A DNA stretch of 64,000 nucleotides, from contig MGJU01000013.1 in the NCBI GenBank assembly GCA_001794435.1, forward strand, positions 90,256-154,255, written 5' to 3'. The stretch's first letter is position 1, and each line of letters starts with the position of its first letter. The position numbers and the translations under genes are program-made. This DNA comes from Candidatus Yanofskybacteria bacterium RIFCSPHIGHO2_02_FULL_43_17. GTDB lineage: Bacteria > Patescibacteriota > Minisyncoccia > 2-02-FULL-40-12 > GWA2-44-9. Shown in pieces: positions 56,787-64,000 of the stretch. The notes under the pieces were generated by a model. That model was not told where the DNA came from. It was given only the letters and a program-made list of their open reading frames with translations, and ran no database searches.

Positions 56787-58652
56787 ATGTTTAACAAAGA
56801 ACCCCTTGATAATCATCGACTTTACGTTATCATTTGGTTAAGTTTCTTAAAAATAGAGGGTCTGAGCGTGTCAAAAATAATACCCCCAAACTCGGCTGAC
56901 AAAAAAAATGCCCTGCGCAGCACAGTTCATCCTGCAGACGTTATTAAAGACATAAAGGCCAAGGACCTCGAGGGAACAAATTTGCTTTTTATTAATATGC
57001 CTCTGCGCGAAAGCGCCAGACCGAACACTACTCCCGAAGGACCGCTTCTTTTGGCCACTCGTCTGCGCCAGCAATATGGCGTGGAAAAAACATCCATTAT
57101 CGACTTGAATGGCTATCGAAGGCAGGACGAAGAAGCAAGGCAACGCGGCCTTATCAACGGCCGTCATCTGAACAACGAGGAGGTATTCGGCAAGATTGAG
57201 CGACACATCAAAGCCCACGGAGAACCAGATATTGTTGCTTTTTCGGGCAAAATTACTACACACAAGTGGCAGAAAAAAGTGGCCAAGATGGTGCGTGAGA
57301 TAGTACCCAATACCTTCCTCGTTTCAGGAGGAGGGCTGGCTACTGAGCTCAAAGTTGGCCACCTGAACTACACCCCAGAGCTCGACGCTGTAGCGCTTGG
57401 CGAAGGTGATGATATTATCGTCAAGATCGTTATGGATGCTATGACCATCAAACGCCAGGGCTGGAAAAGCGCGATTGCAAGCGGAAAGCTTGCTCCATAC
57501 TACATTGGCGATCTGAATGGTCGGCCAAAACTGGTATATGAAGGGGATAGTCCTCGCAATCTTGACATTCTCCCTTTTGCGGACCTCAAATTTCTACGCG
57601 AAGACGTCGACGGCGAACTACTCCTGGAACGGTACCTTCAAGTACCAGCTTGGAGCGCCAACGCCAATAACTCCTCCGCTACCCCTTGGCGTGATGAAGA
57701 TGTGGTTCCTAAGACCACATCGGTATCAAGTCGTGGATGTAAATTTCACTGCTTCTACTGTTTCCGCGAGACACAGGGTGGTGATAATTGGGGCGTACGT
57801 TCAGCTGAACACATCTTAGCCGAAATCCTTCACAATGTTGAGCGTTACGGTGAAGTATTTCATGGATTCCCTGACGATAACTCTGCCATACGGCCAAGAC
57901 GTTTCGATAGACTTGCCGAGCTCTTCAAACAGCACGGCTTAAACATTAAATGGGGAACCCACACTCGTCTCGACGAAATGGCGGGTCTTAACAAGACGAC
58001 GTACCAGACTGCGGAGTCGATGGCTAAAGCTGGATGTATTTACATTGGATTCGGGCCAGAAAGCGCCAGTCCCCCAGTGCTAGAAGCCATTGGCAAAGGC
58101 GGCCACACACTCACAAACGGAATGATCGAGGTCGTGGTGGGTGGAAAACCTCATTTGTTTCCAAAATCAATGGTGGTCGGCATCCAAGAAGCCTACCGCA
58201 ATGGCATCCACGGAAACTGCACATGGATCATCGGATCGCCAACTGAAACACTCAAAGACGTTCAGGAAAGCGTCCGCTTTATCCAATGGCAGATGGAATA
58301 CTATGCCCAATTCGGCGCCAAGCCAGAATCGGTTAACTCACGAATGTTCACTATGACATGGTATCCTGGAGTCTCGCTCATCAACAACCCCAAGGTGCGC
58401 CAGAAACTCACATCCGCGTTCAACCTTAAGTTCCAAGAACGGCAACTTAAGGTTGCGTACAGAAGCCATTGGGAACCGGTCATGGACGATAATTTTGAAC
58501 GATATGTCGAAGACCTCGATGACGCAACTAAAGTCCTGCACGATCCAAGAACCGGAGAAGCACTACATTTCAGCGATATGCCGACGGACCAATTCCTTCA
58601 AGCCAGAGAATATATTGACTCCGGCCAGACACTCAAAATTCTAGACATGTAA
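56787..58652 (+). CDS. B12-binding-domain radical SAM enzyme in a GC-rich segment
   Basis: CxxxCxxC motif SSRGCKFHCFYCF, an N-terminal B12-binding-like region, 621 aa. Local GC about 55 % against about 40 % background. Confidence 0.7.
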   Translation: MFNKEPLDNHRLYVIIWLSFLKIEGLSVSKIIPPNSADKKNALRSTVHPADVIKDIKAKDLEGTNLLFINMPLRESARPNTTPEGPLLLATRLRQQYGVEKTSIIDLNGYRRQDEEARQRGLINGRHLNNEEVFGKIERHIKAHGEPDIVAFSGKITTHKWQKKVAKMVREIVPNTFLVSGGGLATELKVGHLNYTPELDAVALGEGDDIIVKIVMDAMTIKRQGWKSAIASGKLAPYYIGDLNGRPKLVYEGDSPRNLDILPFADLKFLREDVDGELLLERYLQVPAWSANANNSSATPWRDEDVVPKTTSVSSRGCKFHCFYCFRETQGGDNWGVRSAEHILAEILHNVERYGEVFHGFPDDNSAIRPRRFDRLAELFKQHGLNIKWGTHTRLDEMAGLNKTTYQTAESMAKAGCIYIGFGPESASPPVLEAIGKGGHTLTNGMIEVVVGGKPHLFPKSMVVGIQEAYRNGIHGNCTWIIGSPTETLKDVQESVRFIQWQMEYYAQFGAKPESVNSRMFTMTWYPGVSLINNPKVRQKLTSAFNLKFQERQLKVAYRSHWEPVMDDNFERYVEDLDDATKVLHDPRTGEALHFSDMPTDQFLQAREYIDSGQTLKILDM

Positions 58653-58656
58653 ACTA

Positions 58657-58680
58657 AAAACCTCGCAATGAGGTTTTTTC
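58657..58680 (+). terminator. rho-independent terminator AACCTC-GCAAT-GAGGTT followed by TTTTTT
   Basis: Hairpin plus T-run immediately after the radical-SAM stop codon. Confidence 0.6.
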
Positions 58681-58684
58681 TTTG

Positions 58685-60517
58685 CTACTTTATATTATAC
58701 ATCTTATAGAAGTGGGAGCCCTTATTTTCTAGCAGTTCTTTTGGCGATCCTTTTTCTAAAACTTTCCCGTTTTCTAAAATTATGAGTACGTCTGAATTCA
58801 TTATTGTAGAGAGGCGATGAGCCACTGCCAAAACAGTGATTTTGCCCTTCAAGCCATCAATGGCTTTTTGTATCAATGTTTCGGATTCTATGTCTAATGA
58901 ACTCGTCGCCTCGTCAAGGATCAGAATATCCGGCTTGCCGGCCAAAGCTCTAGCCAAAGCGATCCTCTGTCTCTGCCCGCCGGAAATCTTTAATCCCCTT
59001 TCTCCTGTCACGGTATCCAGTCCGTCCGGTAATTTTTTTATAAAATCGTAAATCTGGGCCATTTTTGAAGCCTCAATAATATCTTTTTCAGAGAGATTCC
59101 CGTTATAAAAACGGATGTTGTTCTTAATTGTATCGTTTATCAAAAACACGTCTTGGGAAACATAACTGAACATCTGCCGCCATTTTTTTACATCAAATTC
59201 GCTTATACTGCGGCCGTCTAAAATAATGTCCCCCCCTGACGGCTTTAACAGCCCCAAAAGAACATCAACCAGAGTTGTTTTGCCAGATCCGGAAGAACCA
59301 ATAATGCCAACCATTTGACCCTTTTTAACGGAGAAATTTATATCAGAAAGAACTGGGATATTCTTTTCGTAAAAAAACTTAACATTATTGAAAATAAGTT
59401 CTTTTTTGAAATCGGGAGATAAGAATCCGACTGATTTCTCCTCATTTCTCATTGTTTCTTTCCTGTATTCAAGAACTGTTTCCACATAAGGCGTAATCTC
59501 ATTTATCTGGTGGACATTATTTTGGGCTGATTGGATAAAAGCAAACATTTTTTGAACAAGATAAACAACCGCCGCAAATGATATTAAATTAAAACCGACG
59601 GAATTGTGGTAAAAAACAAAAAGTCCGGCTATAAACAAAAAACCGACCGGCTCAAAAGCAAGTCCCATAATGTGCTTATATACGGCTATTTGAACCCTAA
59701 GACGCCTTAGTTTTTTAAAAAATATTCTGCTTTCCCGAACAACCTGATCTTCAACGCCTTCTGCCTTAATCATTTTTGCCCCAATCAAACTCTGGCTTAT
59801 TTTGTGAGAAACATCTTTTTCAAAATTAGCCATTTGCCAGCCCCTCTTTTTAGCTTTTGAAAAAATCGGCTTGGCGGCTAAAAACAGAACGGCTCCGAAA
59901 GCGATGGTTAACAGAGTAATGATCGGGGAAATGTTAAACGCAACCAGCGCATATGTTAAAAAGCTGGTAATAAAGAGCACAAAATTAGTTGAGAGAGTTA
60001 TTAAAATTGAACCCTGTGTGACATCGTGCAAAACCACTCTTTCCAGATAACCACTTTTTTGGTTTAGCAGATACGGCCAGTTTGCGGAAAGAGTTTTCCT
60101 AAACAAACTTGTCCTTATTTTTTCCTCATATTCAGCTCCGGTTTTATCGTTTATGTATTTGGCAAAAAACTGTATAACCGCTTTAAAAACAAAAAGAAAA
60201 GCCATTAAGGACACGATTACGGGCAAACTAAAGGAGATGTGGAAAAATGAGAAAAACCTTTCCATTAAATCGGTTAATATATTTGGCTCCGCAATCCCCT
60301 TGTCGGCCAACAAAGAAAACAGGGGTATTATCACGCTGATCCCGATACTGCCGGAAAAACCGGCCAATAAACCCAATACCAAAATAAGAAGGAGGCGCTT
60401 TTTGTAGCCGCGAAAAACTTTATTTATTACCCTAAGAGAGAATTTAATTTTTGAGTAATTTAAAATCATTTCCAGGTTAGACCTATTGCTTAATAACCTT
60501 TCTACTGCAAGCCTCAA
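58685..60517 (-). CDS. ABC exporter with fused permease and ATPase (MsbA/lipid-glycan exporter type)
   Basis: 6-TM N-terminal domain, then Walker A GSSGSGKTT, signature LSGGQRQRIALARAL and Walker B ILILDEAT. Confidence 0.85.
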   Translation of the reverse strand: MRLAVERLLSNRSNLEMILNYSKIKFSLRVINKVFRGYKKRLLLILVLGLLAGFSGSIGISVIIPLFSLLADKGIAEPNILTDLMERFFSFFHISFSLPVIVSLMAFLFVFKAVIQFFAKYINDKTGAEYEEKIRTSLFRKTLSANWPYLLNQKSGYLERVVLHDVTQGSILITLSTNFVLFITSFLTYALVAFNISPIITLLTIAFGAVLFLAAKPIFSKAKKRGWQMANFEKDVSHKISQSLIGAKMIKAEGVEDQVVRESRIFFKKLRRLRVQIAVYKHIMGLAFEPVGFLFIAGLFVFYHNSVGFNLISFAAVVYLVQKMFAFIQSAQNNVHQINEITPYVETVLEYRKETMRNEEKSVGFLSPDFKKELIFNNVKFFYEKNIPVLSDINFSVKKGQMVGIIGSSGSGKTTLVDVLLGLLKPSGGDIILDGRSISEFDVKKWRQMFSYVSQDVFLINDTIKNNIRFYNGNLSEKDIIEASKMAQIYDFIKKLPDGLDTVTGERGLKISGGQRQRIALARALAGKPDILILDEATSSLDIESETLIQKAIDGLKGKITVLAVAHRLSTIMNSDVLIILENGKVLEKGSPKELLENKGSHFYKMYNIK

Positions 60518-60589
60518 ATTTTGGTCATAAGATTATTGAAATTTTCTCGAAATAGTCCACACTATTCCTTAAAAATTTCAATAACTTCT

Positions 60590-60606
60590 GTCTCAAAACT
60601 TGAGAC
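60590..60606 (-). terminator. small hairpin GTCTCAA-AAC-TTGAGAC downstream of the GT-C gene
   Basis: 7-bp perfect stem. The tail is not clearly T-rich. Confidence 0.3.
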
Positions 60607-60663
60607 TTTCGTTGCGAAAATTATTAAGCAACAGGTCTATTTTCCACTATTTTTTGCTAATTG

Positions 60664-62334
60664 TCAATCTGGGATTGTGGCATTTTTGCAATCATAAATT
60701 CTTGAACTTATTTTCCGGCTTATTTTCTCATAAACAACGGCGCAGGTTGAAAAATATTCCCCATATAAACTATCAGAATTAATATGGGGTATGCCTAAGA
60801 CAAAATAATGAATCTTGAAACTATCAAGGATTTCTTTGTATTCTTCTTCGTATTTAGGAACGGCGTAAAGGCGTCGCTGATACTTTCCCATCAACCTTAA
60901 ATCCCGGCTTCCTATGTCATTATAGGTGATGACTTTTTCTATCTCATTATTTTCTTTTATAAAACTTATGGCATTTTTGGTTAAAAACTTTGAACTTCCG
61001 TTAATTTTTCCGAATAAATATTCCTCCGCAAAAACAGTATTATAAACAACCCCTAAAAACAATATGGCAACCATGGCGGAACCGGCTGATTTTTTTTGAA
61101 AAAAGCCCGCACAAGCGATAGATACGGCCGCTATCCACATACCTCCGATAAAAAGCCACGACACATAAAAACCCATCGGCCCGGAACCGCCGGTAAAAGG
61201 AAAAACGAAATTCCACCTTAGATCAAGGACTCTTTTTATCCATTCTTCTTTTGGATAATGAGGGGGAATAAAGTGCGGTAAAAACTGCGTAAAAAATAAG
61301 AACACGGCGACAAATATCCCGGTAAAAATTAAGGAGTTATTATTAAACCTGCGTTCAGACGAAATATCAGCAATAACAACACCGGATATGACACACAAGG
61401 GCACAATAATAAATTGCAGATATTTATCCAAAGCCGCCCTGGAAAAATCAAACAAAAAAATATAAAATATTGATCCCAAAAGAATCAGGAGGAAAGAAAA
61501 TATGATTCTGGAAAAATTATGTTTTCTTAAAAACAGGATCGGGACAAATAGTAAAGGCGATGAATAAAAAATTGCCTTGACTATCTGAATAAAAACTTGC
61601 AAATATGACCGGTCTGAAAATTTAATGGCGCTTTGGGCGTGGCTTATGATTTTTGATAAATCGAAAGTCGGGTAGATGATCTTGGCATTTAATAACGCGA
61701 GAAACATCAAAACGAGAATTCCTATCACGTAAAGGCCGTATTTTATTATAAAGCTTTTGTTAATAAGCGCCCTTTTGTTGTAAAGAAAAGTAAGAAAAAC
61801 CGCCGCAACGGGAATTATAAAACTTAATTTAGTTAAAAACCCCGCAATAATGGCAGCCAGAGTAAAAATTGCCCAAAACAACTTTCTTTTGCGATCATCG
61901 GTTTTTTCCCATTTAAAATAACCGATAAAAGTTAGGAGCAGAAAAAAAGGCAATATCTGGCCGTCCGTATCAACTGTTAAAGAGGCAAGAACGCTGTAAA
62001 ATGAAATTGAGAACAAAAACGCGCTCCATAGCGCCGCTTTGGTATCAAACAAGCTCTTAACTAGAAAAAAGATCAGAAATAGATTTATGAATCCGAAAAT
62101 AAGAGGCGTGGCTCTGAAATAATCCGGCCCGAAGATTTTGGAAGTAAGACCGAAAATTATGCTTGTAAGGGGCGGGTGAGCCGATACTCCTTCCGAATTC
62201 CAAATTATCGGTTTTATGCTCGCGTATTTTGCTTCATCTAGGTGATAGGGCATATCCAAGCCAAAAAATCGTATCAAAATAAATAGGATTATTATTCCGA
62301 CAAAAATTAGTTTTTCTTTTTGATTAAGTATCAT
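60664..62334 (-). CDS. GT-C-fold membrane glycosyltransferase (ArnT/PMT-like, polyprenol-phosphate-sugar dependent)
   Basis: 556 aa, more than 12 TM helices, and an N-terminal loop with YHLDEAKY (a DE motif typical of GT-C enzymes). Confidence 0.5.
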   Translation of the reverse strand: MILNQKEKLIFVGIIILFILIRFFGLDMPYHLDEAKYASIKPIIWNSEGVSAHPPLTSIIFGLTSKIFGPDYFRATPLIFGFINLFLIFFLVKSLFDTKAALWSAFLFSISFYSVLASLTVDTDGQILPFFLLLTFIGYFKWEKTDDRKRKLFWAIFTLAAIIAGFLTKLSFIIPVAAVFLTFLYNKRALINKSFIIKYGLYVIGILVLMFLALLNAKIIYPTFDLSKIISHAQSAIKFSDRSYLQVFIQIVKAIFYSSPLLFVPILFLRKHNFSRIIFSFLLILLGSIFYIFLFDFSRAALDKYLQFIIVPLCVISGVVIADISSERRFNNNSLIFTGIFVAVFLFFTQFLPHFIPPHYPKEEWIKRVLDLRWNFVFPFTGGSGPMGFYVSWLFIGGMWIAAVSIACAGFFQKKSAGSAMVAILFLGVVYNTVFAEEYLFGKINGSSKFLTKNAISFIKENNEIEKVITYNDIGSRDLRLMGKYQRRLYAVPKYEEEYKEILDSFKIHYFVLGIPHINSDSLYGEYFSTCAVVYEKISRKISSRIYDCKNATIPD

Positions 62335-62335
62335 G

Positions 62336-63547
62336 CTAATTAGACCCGTTGCCTGTTAAGAAGTTTAAAATTTTACCGGCAATAATTTTGTGGCTGAAAT
62401 TTTTCTCCACATATTCCCTGCCGAACTTACCCATTTCTTCAGCCAACTCGGGATTTGATAAAATCTTATTTATTGCTTCCGCCAATTGTCCTGGGTCATT
62501 TGGCTCAACTAAAAAACCACTCCTACCATCAATTACGACTTCACCGATCGAACCAATATTCGTAGCAACAACAGGAACGCCGCAAGCGCCGGCTTCAGCC
62601 ATAGCGTAGCCAAATTGTTCTTCCCAACCGCCTATGGGCCTGCTTGGAAAAACAAAAACATCAGCTTCGCTCAACAAGGCCGGCAATTCATCATTAAGCA
62701 TCCAATCAAGAAAAACCACCTTGTCTTTTAATTCGTAATTCGTAATTCGTAATTCTAAATCCTTCTTTTCTGGTCCAGTACCGACAATGACTAGTTTTGT
62801 ATTATGTATTAAGTATTCGGTATTGAGCATATTAAAAGCTTCAATCAAAATATCTGTCCCCTTGCGTTTTTCAAGAGCGCCATAAAAAAGAATAATCTTG
62901 TCTCTTGCTTCCCGCCCTTGACGAGGCTCGCCTTTGGCGGCTTGTCTCTTGTCGCTTGGCTTGAACTTTTCCGTATCAACTCCGCTTAGAGGACAAACAA
63001 GAATTTTGAATTTTGAATTTGGAGTTTTGAATTTTTTTATAATATCTACCGCTTTTTTATTCCCACAAATAATTCCGTCGCTTAAAGAAAGATTCAGCTT
63101 AACTAGCGCGTTAGAAAGTTTTAACTTCAAACCCGACATTCGTTTTTCCGGCGCAACATTCTGCCAAGTAAATAAAATGTGCTTATACCCAAATAATTTG
63201 GCAAAAAAACCGTTATAAAGCGTTGAGAGCAAATTTGGCTCAAGACACGAGTAAAGTACCCTTGGGTCGTATTTGAGGCGCAAATAGGGCAAAATCAGGC
63301 AAATAGAAGGCATCCAGCCCTTGAATAGACCACCCAAAAGCGACATGCGACCGTAAGACCAGGCGGATAAACCATATATTTTAAAATCATTCCGACTGGC
63401 CAGATCAATTTTAACCTTTCCTCCTTTTGCTTCCCAATGTTTGGGAAGAATAAAAATAAGGTCGTCTTTGTTTTCCGCATATTCAAAAGCCTTAAAATAG
63501 TAGGGATAAGCGTAGGGATAACCGGTTATGACTATGGGCTTTGCCAT
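62336..63547 (-). CDS. GT4 family glycosyltransferase
   Basis: C-terminal EEQFGYAMAEAGACGVPVVATNIGSIGEVV…GFLVEPND (GT4 E-x7-E region). It contains two internal heptamer-repeat tracts. Confidence 0.8.
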   Translation of the reverse strand: MAKPIVITGYPYAYPYYFKAFEYAENKDDLIFILPKHWEAKGGKVKIDLASRNDFKIYGLSAWSYGRMSLLGGLFKGWMPSICLILPYLRLKYDPRVLYSCLEPNLLSTLYNGFFAKLFGYKHILFTWQNVAPEKRMSGLKLKLSNALVKLNLSLSDGIICGNKKAVDIIKKFKTPNSKFKILVCPLSGVDTEKFKPSDKRQAAKGEPRQGREARDKIILFYGALEKRKGTDILIEAFNMLNTEYLIHNTKLVIVGTGPEKKDLELRITNYELKDKVVFLDWMLNDELPALLSEADVFVFPSRPIGGWEEQFGYAMAEAGACGVPVVATNIGSIGEVVIDGRSGFLVEPNDPGQLAEAINKILSNPELAEEMGKFGREYVEKNFSHKIIAGKILNFLTGNGSN

Positions 63548-63587
63548 ATTTCAATGTTTACCCCGCCCTTGCCCGCAAGAGCGGGGT

Positions 63588-64000
63588 TTAAACATTCTTA
63601 ATGCGGAGGGTTATTCTTTCGACTAAATTATTAAGAGAGTGGTTTTTTATCACATACTCTCTCAATTCGGCGCTGAAATCATTGCCAACGATTTTTTTTA
63701 TTTTATCGGCCAGCTCTTCGGCGTTATCGCCGCTGACGACTAGTTCTTTGGGCAAAAATTTAATCGCCGCCTCATTAGAACTGATAACGGTAGTGCCGCT
63801 TGCCATTGCCTCAACGATTGTTTTGTCTAAACTTCCTGTTTTACCTAAGTTAATAAGAACGGTATGCGTCTGATAGTAAGATGGAAGTTTGTCATGAGCA
63901 ACCTTGCCTAAAAAAGAAACCTTATCGTCCAACCCCAGCTCTGACACGATTACTTTTAACCGTTTTTCATATTCAAAATCTTTAAGAAAGACCGGCTCTC
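63588..64000 (-). CDS. GT4-like glycosyltransferase, partial (its N-terminal portion lies beyond the window end)
   Basis: C-terminal GT4-like segment …GTTVISSNEAAIKFLPKELVVSGDNAEELADKIKKIV…; the ORF is open to position 64000. Confidence 0.55.
   Translation of the reverse strand, partial: EPVFLKDFEYEKRLKVIVSELGLDDKVSFLGKVAHDKLPSYYQTHTVLINLGKTGSLDKTIVEAMASGTTVISSNEAAIKFLPKELVVSGDNAEELADKIKKIVGNDFSAELREYVIKNHSLNNLVERITLRIKNV

Overview
This 64 kb window is gene-dense, low-GC (about 40 %) bacterial DNA. Nearly all of it is one large cell-surface glycan biosynthesis locus with roughly 60 CDSs, many overlapping by 1-40 nt in operon-like runs. I found no rRNA, tRNA, CRISPR, transposase or integrase. 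I can support the following modules from motifs read directly in the translations.

1. Glycan initiation, flipping and export: a WbaP-type polyprenyl-phosphate sugar phosphotransferase, a Wzx-like flippase and an MsbA-like ABC exporter.

2. A complete GDP-mannose to 3,6-dideoxyhexose (colitose-like) pathway: Gmd, a Nudix GDP-mannose hydrolase, a ColD-like 3-dehydratase (His-His where DegT aminotransferases carry the PLP lysine) and a ColC/Fcl-like reductase.

3. A nine-carbon sugar (nonulosonic acid; legionaminic/pseudaminic type) pathway: a PseB/LegB-like 4,6-dehydratase, a PseC/LegC-like aminotransferase, a NeuC-like hydrolysing 2-epimerase, a NeuB-like synthase and an acylneuraminate cytidylyltransferase. 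It is joined to an acetamidino-forming module: a WbuX-like amidotransferase plus a HisF-HisH fusion.

4. A second set of nucleotide-sugar acid genes: two tandem, recently duplicated NeuB-like synthases, a second cytidylyltransferase, a class-III aminotransferase, an aldo-keto reductase and a KdsC-like HAD phosphatase fused to a LOG-like domain.

5. Two B12-binding radical-SAM enzymes, one of them distinctly GC-rich.

6. Three polyprenol-phosphate-sugar GT2 / GT-C membrane pairs, several GT2/GT4 glycosyltransferases, three methyltransferases (TylF-like, CmcI-like, class I), and many NAD-dependent epimerase/dehydratase, SDR and Gfo/Idh/MocA oxidoreductases.

The most unusual items are:
- a pair of paralogous ~400 aa proteins that I cannot place in a known family, which are candidate new glycosyltransferases;
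- PHP-phosphoesterase::ATP-grasp, HisF::HisH and HAD::LOG fusions;
- a small GIY-YIG nuclease gene translationally coupled inside the nonulosonic acid operon;
- a recurring intergenic element built of inverted arrays of heptamer repeats (GTAGAAA ... TTCTAGA) at four operon junctions;
- heptamer repeat tracts inside a GT4 coding region.

Genes need only the standard code; several use TTG or GTG starts. All functional calls are motif-based reading without database searches.
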